From positions 106,332,001 through 106,396,000 of the forward strand of contig NC_058373.1 in the NCBI RefSeq assembly GCF_018350175.1: a DNA stretch of 64,000 nt. The letters are read 5' to 3'. The position numbers were made by a program, and so were the translations under genes. The DNA is from Felis catus (taxonomy: Eukaryota). This document shows, one piece after another, positions 24,371 through 36,830 of the stretch; within the stretch, counting starts at the first letter, position 1; every line of letters begins with the position of its first letter. A model generated the notes under the pieces. That model did no database searches, was not told the origin of the DNA, and saw nothing but the letters and a program-made list of their open reading frames with translations.

Positions 24371-25077
24371 AACTCTGGCTGTGATCCAGGGCACTTTACT
24401 GCCAACTGACATTTCCTAACAACCACCCACTGTCTGTACCAGAGAAGCCAGGGGCTGGGCAAACAAAGGGTCTAAAGCTTCTAAACCCAAAAAGGCCAAT
24501 CCCAAGGTGGAGGACAGCTCCAAGCCTCTGTGGAGCTGGACTTGGGCTCCGAATTCAACGAAGGGAGAGGATATTGTGTGTTTTGCCTAGTCATTGGCTA
24601 CTGCCCACAAAATGAAGACAGGAAAGCTCAGATATTACATTTCTGACCTCCAGTTCTTGCCTTTCTCTTTCTTGAAATGGACACCATACAACCTGATGCC
24701 ATAGTGATTAGGAAGTGATCAGTTGGATATGCAAATGCTGGGAGTCTCCAAAGTCAGCCTTGCTTTCTCTCTGGACTTTGGGATGTGAGTCTAGTCTGGT
24801 TAAGATGCAGCAGCGGCAGAAGAAAGATTTCTGGCTCAGCCATTCACTAGTCTCACTCCCTCAGATACAGTTTGACTTCCCTGTGCTTGGGTTTATCAGC
24901 AGGAAAAAGAAGAGAATGCTTACCACACACAGGTAACTAGGCCACATGTTGAGTACATAGCAGCTGGTGCCAGTTCAGAAGAGGGCAAAATTGGACAGTG
25001 CACCTCAACGTAAAAAGCCATTCCACAGTAGTAAGTAAAGCACTAGTAAGTTACCTCGGAACCTTGAAGGATGTCAC

Positions 25078-25290
25078 TTTAATTTTTTTTTAGTGTTGAT
25101 TTATTTTTAAGAGACAGAGACAGAACACGAGCAGGGGAGGGGCAGAGAGAGAGAGAGACAGAATCCAAAGCAGACTCCAGACTATGAGTTGTCAGCACAG
25201 AGCCCGACGCAGGGCTCGGACTCACGAACTGTGAGATCATGACCTGAGCCAAAATCGGATGCTTAACCGACTGAGCCACCCAGGCACCCC
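25078..25290 (-). mobile_element. CAN-SINE
   Basis: Antisense SINEC; TSD ttgaaggatgtYacttt. Confidence 0.92.
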
Positions 25291-25679
25291 TTGAAGGATG
25301 TTACTTTAAAACCCTATTATATTCCAAGGAGAATTACTATTTTTCTACCATGGTGTTTTGAGTTTCATATAATCCACACAAACGATATATCATGTGGCAA
25401 GTTATTTTCTAAATTAATATCAAGGGAGGTGTTACTTTTATAAAATAAATTATGTTTTGTTAGATAATGGCAGTTACTTAACAAATAATTTTGTGTTGAA
25501 TGAATGAATACAAAGCATTCTTTTTTCGCCTTGACTTTTTTTTGCTCGACCAGGAAGTTCAAAGCCAAATGTAATATAAAATCAGAAGAACTGTACTAAC
25601 ATTTATCATAGCACAATTACTTCATTCATTTTTCTTTACGGATTTAGTTTCCTATTTCTTTTTTACTTTCATTTAAAGT

Positions 25680-25993
25680 TTTTTCTTATTTATTTATTTT
25701 TAAGTAAGTTCTTGAACTTAAAACCCAAGATCAAGAGTTGCATGTTCTGTTGACTGAGCCAGCCAGGCACCCCAACTTTCAGGGGTTTTTTAATGTTTAT
25801 TTATTTTTGAGAGAAAGAGAGAGAGAGAAAATACACAACCAGGGAAGGGGCAAAGAGAGCTGGGGACAGAGGATCCAAAGTGGGCTCCACTCCGACAGCA
25901 GAGAGCCTAATGTGGACTCGAACTCATGAATTATGAGATTACGACCTCAGCCAAAGTCAGACGCTTAACTGACTGAGCTACCCAAGTGCCCCC
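25680..25993 (-). mobile_element. Two adjacent CAN-SINEs (short form about 25680-25773; full form about 25785-25993)
   Basis: Two tRNA-like heads (gactgagccagccaggcacccc; gactgagctacccaagtgcccc), each followed by aactttcag. Confidence 0.85.
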
Positions 25994-25999
25994 AACTTT

Positions 26000-26219
26000 C
26001 AGTTTTTTTAACTGAAATTTTTATTAAGACACTTGTAGATACACTTTCGGTTTCAATAAATAACACAAAGAGACCCTGTACACTTTGTATAGTCTCCTCC
26101 AATGGTAACATTTTGCAAAACAACAATACGGTAAATACAGCGGCATAATCAGGGTGTGGACATTGATTCAATCCCCTGACTTTCTTCAGATTTCTTGTTT
26201 TACTTGTACTGGGGTATGT

Positions 26220-26265
<46 letters not shown>

Positions 26266-26390
26266 AGTTCTCTACAAATATATCACTTGTTTAGGTATGT
26301 ATATCCATCATCACAGTAGAGACACTGAACAGTTCCCATACCACAAAAAAATCCCTCCCGATGCCCTTTTTTTAACCACACTCCCCTTGC
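26000..26390 (-). mobile_element. L1MC-like 3' UTR fragment containing a (TG)n microsatellite (about 26215-26262)
   Basis: ctccaatggtaacattttgcaaaac...ggacattgat; TG run. Confidence 0.65.
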
Positions 26391-26969
26391 ACAATCCTCC
26401 CGCATTTAATTCTGTTTTTAACAGGCCTATTTCCTACATGTCTTAGAAGTCCACAGGAGATAAGTAAGAATGAATAAATGTTTTGAAAACAAGGTTATGC
26501 CTCATCACAGCCTTGTTGGTTACGTTGGCTAACTTGGCCAGAGAGCAAGGTGATGATGTCTCTATGTGTTACCAGTATGGCAGCTTTCCTGGCAGTGAGG
26601 AAACATACTTGGGGCAAGCACTCTTCCAGTTTTTAATTTAACAAGCAGTTGTTGATTGCCCAGTGTTTCAGGCATGTGCTGGGTGCTGGAGAAACAAAGA
26701 TGGATAAAATACATGTGTTCATCAATAATTGGGAGGTGGAAATGTAAAGAGTAATTGCAATGCAGGCGATACCACAATTTCTTTCAAATATTTGGTTTCC
26801 AGTGCAGATTAAGGAATTCAGAGGTGGAGAAATAAAGAGCTATTTTAATGATAGCTAAAAATGACCAATTATTAAAAATGCTTTGAACAATGGTTTTACT
26901 TAAACGAGGGGGGGTTACTACTAAAGGAGCTATTTAACAAATGGCATTCCAAAACTAACCCAAACATAA

Positions 26970-26972
<3 letters not shown>

Positions 26973-27004
<32 letters not shown>
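26973..27004. repeat. (GT)n microsatellite
   Basis: Perfect GT run. Confidence 0.95.
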
Positions 27005-27006
<2 letters not shown>

Positions 27007-27314
27007 TATTCAACATACTGAAAGATCTTCATCTTTTATACTGAAAGAAGTTCTTTACAAACGGAAAGAAGTTTACAGGTTCACACTGTGAAAAGAAAGC
27101 AACGGAACATGAATAACTCTAAAATGAACCATGCAAACAACAGAACATACTTGGGCTAAAAGGCAGAAGCAGCGAAAGAGGTAAATTAATACTTTAAAAA
27201 TTGCAAATGGTAAAGAGTGAAAAGACAAGAGAGCTGTAAAGAACTATAATGGGAAGCCAAATAAAGTAAATACTTTCTTCACCTGAGATTAGGGGGAAAT
27301 TGATATAGTTATTA

Positions 27315-27680
27315 ATTCATTCATTGAGAACCTACCACAGGCTGGGCTTCCTTCTCGGTGCTGGACATAAAAAGGTGAGCAAGTCACATATGAGGCCAGG
27401 GAGCCTGGCAGGCCACGCAGATGAGCACACACACTATTACACAGTGGGAGAGGCACCATTAAGGGGCAGGACAGTGAATCACAGGGCTCGTGAGAAGAAT
27501 GGCTAACCAAGATATGGAGAAGAGAGCCATTAAGGGTTTCCAGGAGGAAGCGGTGTCTAAGCAGAGTCTTGAAGGATGAATAAACTAAGTCACACAAAGA
27601 ATGTGTGCATACGGGCAAGAGGTGGGGCAGAGAGGAAAGAAAATATGGGAGTGCACATGCAAAGTTCTTGAGGTGGGCGG
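27315..27680 (-). mobile_element. L2 fragment
   Basis: ttcattcattgagaacctacc...gggtttccaggaggaag...agtcttgaaggatgaata. Confidence 0.55.
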
Positions 27681-27819
27681 GGGGCGGGGAGAATTGGAGG
27701 CAAAAGTCAGAACACTCAGCAGGAAGCCAGAGTGCTGATTTGGGGGTCAAGAGACTAATTAAAGTACAAAATTTAATTACTTGAGGATGACAGCAGTTGG
27801 GGAGAGAAGAGCATTAAAA

Positions 27820-28020
27820 TTTATTGAGCATTTACTATTCCAGACACTGCACTAGATGCTTTTCATGTGTCATTTCACGTTAATTCTCACAACAACCCTC
27901 TGATTTAGGGATGATTAATTCTGCTTTACAGATGAGAAGCCTAAGATTTGGAGAGGTTAAGTAACTTGTCCAAAGTCATACCATGTATAAGTGGTAGAGC
28001 TTGGATTTAAACTCAGGGGC
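27820..28020 (-). mobile_element. MIR
   Basis: tttattgagcatttact...ttacagatgagaagcctaag...gaggttaagtaacttgtccaaagtca. Confidence 0.75.
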
Positions 28021-28407
28021 CCTCAGTTAACTGCGTTATTTTTTATTATCTGTCCTCTACTGCAATTTTATAATTAATATATAAATTATAAGAAAATAAA
28101 TCCTGGAATTTTGTTTTCAATGAAACCAATCATCAAGGACATGATCTAGGGTCAACATATTCAGCCTCCATTCAGACGTTTGGTCCTACTTAACTTTCAG
28201 TCCTTCAAGGCACCTCCCTGAGAGCCCTGCCCCCTCTAATACTGGGTTAGATGCTTCCATGTATGTGCTCAAAATTCCCCTTGTGTTCTTGTCTGCTCCC
28301 CAAATAGACTATAAGCTTTCATGAGGGTAGGTTCATCACTGTGTCATTAGCACCTAGTACAGTGCCTGACATATGGCAGTTAGTTTTAAAATAAATATCC
28401 ATTAAAT

Positions 28408-28672
28408 GGGGGCACCTGGGTGGCTCAGTCAGTTAAGCATCTGACTCTTGGTTTCAGCTCAGGTCATGATCTCACAGTTTGTGAGTTCAAGCCCATGTCT
28501 TGAACTTGGGATTCTTGAGCTTGGGAACTTGAGTCTTGGGATTCTCTGTCTCCCTCTCTCTGCCCCTCCCCCACATGCTCTTGATCTCTCTCAAAATAAA
28601 TAAAGAGTCTAAGGCCATACCACCCTGAACGTGCCCGATTTCATCAAAATAAATAAATAAACGTTAAAAAAA
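28408..28672 (+). mobile_element. CAN-SINE with an internal rearrangement and a 5S rRNA fragment inserted in its tail
   Basis: ggggcacctgggtggctcagtcagttaagc head; flanked by atccattaaatg repeats. Confidence 0.9.
28607..28645 (+). pseudogene. 3'-truncated, tailless 5S rRNA retrocopy (5S nt 1-39)
   Basis: gtctaaggccataccaccctgaacgtgcccgatttcatc versus mammalian 5S GTCTACGGCCATACCACCCTGAACGCGCCCGATCTCGTC (4 mismatches); flanked by duplicated aaaataaataaa. Confidence 0.9.
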
Positions 28673-28838
28673 TAAAGCATCCATTAAATGAATTTTCTAA
28701 ATCAAGATTAATAGGAAACAATTAACATTGGAATGTACATTTATGACCAATTATCTTCAACTGGCAAGTGGGAAAAGTAACGTTAGCTAGTTTTTGCACA
28801 GAAATTGTGCAGATTAATGAGTCAATGCCTTCTGTACA

Positions 28839-29041
28839 CAGGTTTCTCCCTCTATCTAAGGTTTGCTTTATGCCATTTTGCTTCTATGAAAGACCTACAT
28901 TAATACCTGTTTTTGCTAGCTGAAAGAAATCCAAAGAGACTTTTCACTTTCACAAAATGTTAATTGCTTCTTCACTGTGCCATTTTAGCTCACGAAAGGT
29001 TTCATTAGAACGCTCTACTTTCAGATAGCAGGGGACACCTG
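28839..29041. mobile_element. Tigger-like (TcMar) non-autonomous DNA transposon
   Basis: Imperfect terminal inverted repeats caggtttctccctctatct... / ...agatagcaggggacacctg followed by TA. Confidence 0.65.
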
Positions 29042-29636
29042 TATACCGGGTCCTCAGAAGGTTCTGTGCATATAGCAAATACTGTTTATTTTCTGTAGCA
29101 TATAAATGACCTTGAGAATATCATCATCATTATTTGTAACTGCAGTGGCGGCAACCAGGGAACAGGTTCAATTAATACTGGTAGTTTTATGGCCTGAGAG
29201 AGAAGTCAGAGTTTGATGCAAAGAAAAATTAATGGAATTCTGTGAGAAGCCCCCAAGAGATAAGCTAAAGCTTAATGGGTACCTAGCTGACTAATGACTG
29301 GAAAGGACTTCCGAGGGCAAAGGGCACATACACAAACATGGTGTGTGGTGGAAGAATGCCAAAAAAGGAGGCAGGACAGTATGAAAGATGGAGGAAAAGG
29401 GAAGAAGACAGTAGGGCAGTGTAGCTCTGTTCTATCAGCTTTAAAAAATTACTTGGTATATTCATGAAAAACAAAAATTTCTGTATCCATCCTCAAGTCA
29501 GCAAACCAGAATCACTTGGGCTGAAGCCCTAGAATTTGCATTTTAACAGGATTTGGGGGTCATTACTAAGAACTGGAAAAAAAAAATGACCCACTAGTTC
29601 TTAAATCCATGAAGCACAATAAATAACCACAGCACA

Positions 29637-29848
29637 GGGAGCCTGTGGCTCAGTCGGTTAAGCAGCTGACTTCAACTCAGGTCCCGATCTCGTCGTGGTC
29701 TCTGAGTTTGAGCCCCGCGTCCGGCTCTGGGCTGACAGCTCAGAGCCTGGAGCTGCTTCGGATTCTGTGTCTCCCTCTCTCTCTGTCCCTCCCCTGCTCT
29801 CTGTCTCTCTCTCTCTCTCTCCCAAAAATAATAAACATTAAAAAAAAT
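29637..29848 (+). mobile_element. CAN-SINE
   Basis: SINEC body; TSD aataaccacagcacag. Confidence 0.92.
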
Positions 29849-30301
29849 AATAACCACAGCACAGAAAGCAATGAGGTCCAGATATGCTTATTCTCTAGGA
29901 GGCAAGATGAGCACCACAAAGGGATTTCTTTTTTGAGAAAGGCCTTATGAATTCAGATGATGAGAACAGATTTGTCATAGTCACCACACCCTACTTAGGA
30001 AGCAGTTCTCACCACAACTCTACCTACACACCCACTCTACTGCTCTCTGTTCAGGTCTCCCCAAATGTGAGGCACTGGCAGTCACCTCAGGGCTGTCTCT
30101 GGGGCTCCTTCTTCCTTCCAACGTGCCTTCTGAACCCCTTCCTCCATAATTCCAGTCTTTGGGGACTTCTATAAAGAGCATACCCATTAGGTGTTGATAG
30201 GTTGATTCAATGTATTCATGCATTCTAAATTTAAAAAACAACATCAGTTTGGTTTTTCTCCTATTTTGAGCTTCTAACAGGCAAAGGATCTCTCCATCTG
30301 A

Positions 30302-30505
30302 TTTTTTAATGTTTTTTTTTTTAGTTCATTTTTGAGAGAAAGAGAGAGAGAGCACAAGCGGGGAAGGGGCTTGAGAAGGGGACAGAGGATCCAAAGCAGG
30401 CCTTGCACTGGCAGCAACAAGCCCCATGTGGGGCTTAAACTCACAAACTGTGAGATCATGACCTGAGCCAAAGTCGGACGCTCAACTGAGCCACCCAGGT
30501 GTCCC
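30302..30505 (-). mobile_element. CAN-SINE
   Basis: Antisense SINEC ending actgagccacccaggtgtccc. Confidence 0.9.
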
Positions 30506-31963
30506 TTTCCATTTGATTTTCATTGTAGATTATTCAGGACATCTTTTTGCAAGGATGATGGTACCTCACTGCTCTGGTCAATGGGGTAACACTGGTTATT
30601 ATCTTAAGACAAAAGCAATACATAAAGACACAAGAAAAGTCCTCCTTTTTTGGGAGGCACGAAGAGAGATTTATAATTTGATGGGTAGCCCAAGGGATCA
30701 AATACTGCATTAAATGGATAGAATATGATGTAATAGGAAATGAAACAAAAGACTGATATTAATACTGGAGACTTTGAATCACCAAAACAATACAACAAAA
30801 AAATCTGGCCCTGGGGAGGGAGATGATACAGGTGGTCATAATTACTCTGCCAAAGGAAGATAAGGACCTGGCTTCCACAGGTAGATGGAAATCAGTGAAG
30901 CCTATGTTGGCTTTCTCTTAAGTCAATTCAAAGCATTTGGCCAGACTCGTGTATTCTTTTAGCTTTGAGAGGTGGCCCTAAGTCAGGAATCAGGACCTCA
31001 TTGAAGAGAATGTGAGAAAGTGACTAACCACCCCACTCATATAAGGCAGTAACATGGATTTTATTTGCAAGGAAGTTTCCTAACAAACCATTTGGCCCAT
31101 TTCTGTCTTTTAATGTTAGAACAATCCCCTAAAATAGTATTTCTTACAAAAATAACATTCTTTTCCCACTCCCAGTATCTTGGCATCTAAATGCTATTCT
31201 AAGCATTTTAGAAAGATAAATTAGTCAAAGTTATTTACAACAATAACTACACTGTCGTGGCCAGAGATAGACAGCTTCACTTGGATTGCCAAGAAGGGAA
31301 CAAAGGTGTCACATAAGCCTTGGAAAACAAGCCAAGGGGACAAGTCCTGCTTCAGGCTCTGAGAAGATTTGGAAGTCTGACAAAGCTTAGGCAGTGTGTG
31401 TGTGTGTGGGGGGGGGGGTGTGCATGTGGGGAATAAGAAAAGGGCCTTTCTCCAAAGTTTTTTCTTAGGATTGCATGTTAACACTAAAGTGGCCCAGCTC
31501 AATTAGTTTAGCTACTCCGGCAAGGCCTTCCGATCAGCAAGAAAGAAGCCACCAATGAGTCACAAAACTTTTCATTTCTCTAAAAGGCTGGGGCCTAGTC
31601 TTTGTTTAATGTATGTTCTGGTTTCCACTATCTGGGGGAAAAAAAAATTGCCTTGAACACTTACGTAACTACAGATAACTCTCACCGACCCAGATTGCGG
31701 ATCACCATATTCCTGTTTTTGTTTCACCTTGTGCCTCTTTGTAAATACTGAAGGCTTGTTGTTTTTTCATGCACAGACAGATCCAGTCTGATCACAGCAC
31801 ATGCTGAGACCTCAGGGCAGAAGGATCCTTGCTGGGCCCCTAGGCAGAAAGGCACAGGCTTCCCTTCTCCCTGGTACCACTTCCTCAAACTCCCCACTGT
31901 CCCCACCGTCCCCATGACCACAGGCATGGATGAGGCTGTAACAGACTGAAAAGCTGCCTTTCA

Positions 31964-32140
31964 GGTGTTTGAAAGTGAGACCCACAGACCACTTGCTTCA
32001 AAACCATCAGAAGAGTGCATTAAAATACGGCTTCATGGGCCTACCCCAGGCCTAATGAGTCAGAATGGAGAGTTGGGAATCTGTGTTTTTAACATGTTCC
32101 CAGGTAAGTCTTACACGCAGGTCAGTTTAAGAGTCAAGAC
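31964..32140. mobile_element. MER5A-like DNA transposon relic
   Basis: gggcctaccccaggcctaatgagtcagaat...gaatctgtgtttttaacatgttcccaggtaagtctta. Confidence 0.65.
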
Positions 32141-32146
32141 TATAGT

Positions 32147-32345
32147 GGGGGCGCCTGGGTGGCTTAGTCTGTTAGGCATCAGACTTTGGATGTCGGCTCA
32201 GGTCATGATCTCACGGTTGGTGAGACTGAGCTCCAAGTCAGGCTCTGTGCTGACAGTGTGGAGCCTGCTTGGGATCCTCTCTCTCTTCCCTGATCTCTCT
32301 CTCTCTGCCCCTCCCCTGCTTGCTCTCTCTCTCTCTCAAAATGAA
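32147..32345 (+). mobile_element. CAN-SINE
   Basis: ggggcgcctgggtggcttagtctgtt head and (CT) tract. Confidence 0.9.
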
Positions 32346-32455
32346 TATAGATAGATATAGATACAGATGACACAGATAGATATAGATACAGATACAGATA
32401 CAGATATAGATATAGATATAGATATAGATATAGATATAGATATATAGATATAGAC
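32346..32455. repeat. Compound (TAGATA/CAGATA)n hexanucleotide microsatellite replacing the SINE tail
   Basis: tagatatagatacagatacagata... repeats. Confidence 0.9.
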
Positions 32456-33884
32456 AGAAAAGAATCACAACCGTAGGTGCAAAGTCTTAGTCTCTAATCT
32501 GCTTGGCTCTTGAGTTCAATAGTGAATTCAAAAGCAAGGGACAGTGTCTGGGTCTTGTTTGTTCCTGGGATTTAGAAAGTGAGAGACTGGATTGTGAGGG
32601 ATAATGGTATTTAGGAAGAAGTAGGCACAGGTAGAAACCTACTAAAAAAGACCAGCGTAATCGATGACTTATCCAGTATCATGTGTTAGTGTAACTGTTA
32701 GAGTAGCTTGGGTATCAATTCGGGAAGTAGTCTGTGTTTCCCTCTTTAGTGCTAAGAGTCACGGTGGTGCTCCCAAATGAAACAACAGCACAGCGTTCTC
32801 TGCTAAATTGCATTATCTATTAATCAGAGCCACGACGATAACCCCATATTTCCTACGACTTAGGTTTCATCTCTGCCATTGTATCAGTTTGTAAAATAAG
32901 GCTGGTGCTCAGGGCTTTCACTTTTATCGGTTCAAACTCCACCCATCTCAGCTGAGACTGCGAGGTCTTTATTTCTTCTTTATACCTTCATTTCCTCCAT
33001 TATGGAATAGGCGCGCTTATAGTACCAGTCACATGCACCTTTTAGGGTTGTTCAAGAGGGCTGACCAGTGAAAAAAGCAGGGCACAAAATTGGTATTAAC
33101 ACCAGTAACCACTGCTAATAATTTCACACAGTCACTAAAAATTAACAATGGGAAGAAGCTGATCTGTTTAACTAAAGTCTGAGGATTACTTACGGATTTC
33201 AATTATTCACATTCTGCCTATCACCTACTGCAACACCTCAAAGTTCACAGTTCTTTGGAAGACTATATAATTTTCTAGAGCTTCCACACAGACCTGCTTA
33301 TTCTCTTAAAAGATGGCTGTGAGCCTTGCAAATCGCTCTCATTTCATTTTAGGTCTCATAGGTTAAGTTTGTTTTTCCTATTTTTTTTTATTTTTAAAGA
33401 AACTTTCTTTTTAATCTAGGTCAAACCTATCAAGAGAATCTAAATAAGCTCTGGTATGTTGTACAACCTCTACAACACAGCGATAACAAAATGTTTGCGG
33501 CAATTGCTGCCCTCACACTGAAAAGCATTTACAATACATCTGACAAAGTGTGTCTATTACCATGGTACCTATCACCATGGTAGCTGAGCAGCACTCCTGG
33601 AACAATCGGTAATATAGCCCTTAGCTACTGCCTCCTAAAAGCTTTGCTCCTGAATAAATAAATGGGACACTGTCTGTCTGTTTTCAAGAAGCCACAAAAC
33701 CCCTCCAAAATTGTTGCTAAATACAGCTTAATTTTACTAAAAATAAAATAATAAATCCTTCTTCCCCTGGATACCAGTTAAAGAAACATTTCTTCTCTCT
33801 TTCATTTAGAGAAGCATTTCCAAGTTTCTTGACCATACAAAACATACAGAATGTACTGTGCTTTGAACTACACTTCAAAAAAAA

Positions 33885-34030
33885 TTTTATTTATTTATTT
33901 TTGAGAGAGGGAGAGAGCACAGGTGGAGGAGGGGCAGAGAGAGAGAGGGAGACAGAATCTGAAGCAGGTTCTAGGCTCTGAGCTGTCAGCACAGAGCCCA
34001 ATGTGGGGCTCGAACCCATGACCACATGCC
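33885..34030 (-). mobile_element. 5'-truncated CAN-SINE
   Basis: Antisense tail and body up to ggggctcgaacccatgacc; head missing. Confidence 0.85.
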
Positions 34031-34213
34031 CCTGACCTACATTTTTAAGACTGTTTTGCATAAAGGTTAGCTAACAAAAGAGTCAGCAGTGATTGTTTAA
34101 AATAAGACCACCTTTACACTAATTTGAACTGCTCAGTGTATTCATTAAGTCAATAAAGCACAAGGATAGTGCCAATTCCCAATTTCCCAATGATCCCAAA
34201 CACAGGCTTTAAA

Positions 34214-34428
34214 TTTTTTTTTTTTTCAACGTTTATTTATTTTTGGGACAGAGAGAGACAGAGCATGAATGGGGGAGGGGCAGAGAGAGAGGGAGACACA
34301 GAATCGGAAACAGGCTCCAGGCTCTGAGCCATCAGCCCAGAGCCCGACGCGGGGCTCGAACTCACGGACCGCGAGATCGTGACCTGGCTGAAGTCGGACG
34401 CTTAACCGACTGCGCCACCCAGGCGCCC
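34214..34428 (-). mobile_element. Young felid SINE (SINEC_Fc type)
   Basis: Near-consensus, CpGs intact; TSD ccaaacacRggcttta. Confidence 0.95.
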
Positions 34429-34559
34429 CCCAAACACGGGCTTTATAATATGCTTCATGGCACTGCCATATAAAGCTGACTGAAGTGTAAACCAATCCTA
34501 TCGTTTCCAAAAACAACTCGGCAAAAGGAATGTGAAAATGTTCATACCTTTTAGCTTAC

Positions 34560-34931
34560 TCCTTTTGGGCTACTATTATAAAATATCACAGCCTCGGTAG
34601 CTTATAAATAACAGAAACTTACTTCTCATAGTTCTGGAGTTTGGAAACCCAAGATCAAGGCACCAGCATGGTCACATTCTGGTGAAGGCCCTCATAGTGG
34701 TTCATAGCCTGTGCCTTCTTGCTGTGTTCTCACATGGTGAAAGGGGTGAAGATCTCTATGGGCTTAATTTATGAGAACATTAATCCCATTCATGAGGGCT
34801 CCACCCCCACGTAAGATCACCACATCCAGCAATAGGATTTCAATATATGAACTTGCCGGCGGTGGGGGGTGGGGGAGGTAGGGTGGGGTGCGGAGGGGTG
34901 GTGTCCAGGCACAAATATTCAGACCATAGCA
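34560..34931 (-). mobile_element. MaLR solo LTR (MLT1A-like)
   Basis: ttctcatagttctggag...aatcccattcatgagggctccacc...ggatttcaatatatgaa...ttcagaccatagca. Confidence 0.8.
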
Positions 34932-35008
34932 TCTTTTAATATGGTAATTCTATATTTTCCATTTTTGAGGAACCCATGCATAGAAATTATTTTAAATAGA
35001 CACAAAGC

Positions 35009-35234
35009 GGGGCGCCTGGGTGGCGCAGTCGGTTAAGCGTCCGACTTCAGCCAGGTCACGATCTCGCGGTCCCTGAGTTCGAGCCCCGCGTCAGGCTCTG
35101 GGCTGATGGCTCGGAGCCTGGAGCCTGTTTCCGATTCTGTGTCTCCCCCTCTCTGCCCCTCCCCCGTTCATGCTCTGTCTCTCTCTGTCCCCAAAAAAAT
35201 AAATAAAAAAACGTTGAAAAAAATTAAAAAAAAA
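35009..35234 (+). mobile_element. Young felid SINE (SINEC_Fc type)
   Basis: Near-consensus; exact 15-bp TSD aaatagacacaaagc (34994-35008 / 35235-35249). Confidence 0.95.
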
Positions 35235-35430
35235 AAATAGACACAAAGCTTTATAAAAAAGATGCTCATTGGAGTGATATTTAAAATAGAAAAAAAACAG
35301 ATCATTAAATTCTATTCCTAAAAAAAAAAATGCACTGTACCAACAGAAAAATAAATTAATTAATTAAATTAATAAAGTGTTGCTGAAATTTCATTCACTC
35401 TAAAAAAATAAATAAAATAGAAAAAACATT

Positions 35431-35625
35431 AGGGCGCCTGGGTGGCTCAGTCACTTAAGCATCTGACTCGATTTTGGCTCAGTCGTGATCTCACAGTTTG
35501 TGAGTTGGAGCCCTGCGTTAGGCTGGGCACTGATAGCTGGGAGCCTGCTTGGAATTCTCTCTCTCTCTTTCTCTTTCTCTCTCTCTCTCTCACAAAATAC
35601 ATACATTTAAAAATGAATAAATAAA
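35431..35625 (+). mobile_element. CAN-SINE
   Basis: gggcgcctgggtggctcagtc head; flanked by aaaatagaaaaaaca. Confidence 0.9.
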
Positions 35626-35999
35626 ATAGAAAAAACAAAAACCTATATGTTGAACAATAAAGAATGTGTAAGCAAATAACTAGAAGATGACTGGTATCTT
35701 ACGATGTCATTAAAAATCAAGTTTAAAGAAAGTTCTTAACAATTTAGGAAAATTATTACCATATAAGTAAAAAAACACACAAGATTATATATATAGCATG
35801 ATATATATAAAGTATGTACAATATGTAAAAAAAAACCTGGAAAATGTTGAAATTGGTGATGGTTACCCTCTGTGATTACATTGTGGATGAGAATTTTTTT
35901 TGTCCTCTATACATTACTGAACTAATAGTAATGGTATGTCTATCACCTGAAAAATGGTAATTTGATAATATCAAAATGTTCTCCATCTTACTTTCCTCC

Positions 36000-36830
36000 A
36001 ACTGTTTTTTCTAGCTCCAATGCTGATTATCAATGAGAACCATATCAATTCCATCCTCAAATGGTGAACAGACATTGCAATAGGCACTGGGAAATAATGA
36101 ACCTGGGCTATTCATTCTATATCCTCCCCCTGGACTATCTCAGTTACATTCATGGTTACCACCAGACATAGGTACCACCAAGTCTTTATCTCTAGCCTGG
36201 ATCTTGCTTCTGAGTTCTAGACTCAGGTTACTAAACAGCTCTCCCTGAATGTCTCATAGGCATCTATGAACTCATCCTGCCTGCACTACCTTCTCCTTAG
36301 ACTGTTCTGGGAACTAACACTCCAGTGTGCAATCAAATGAGAACACAAAGATCACCTTAGATTCTTTGTTTTTTCCCACTGTCTCCTTCATGCCCACTTT
36401 CACACCTTCATTTCTACTTCCCAAATCTTTCTCAAATTCATCCCCTTATCTGCTACTGCTTTAGAGTGTATACTCTCATCACTCCTCACTGGATTTTTGT
36501 TATGATCATCTAACAATCCTCTTGGTTGCCAATCTATCCTTCACATGGAGAAATCTTTCTAAATTGTAGATCTCCTTAGCATGCCCTATCTGATCTGGCT
36601 ACTTCCCCCTCTGCCCTACTTCATCTGCCATGGCCTCACCACTGACATCCAACATCTCAAGCAAACAGAACCATCCTGGTTCCCTGAACTCACATGCTAT
36701 TTCCTTCTTTGGGGACAGATACTCTTCTCTTCAACTGGAATCCTCCCATCTGTCCCATCTCTTTTTTCCCAAGATTTATTAGTTCAAGGTTCAAATCCTC
36801 TTGTGTCCCTTTCCTTATGGCATTACTACT
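36000..36830 (+). mobile_element. L2 remnant
   Basis: Pyrimidine-rich L2-like tract (tctttatctctagcctggatctt...tgagttctagactc, tgaatgtctcataggcatct). Confidence 0.55.
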
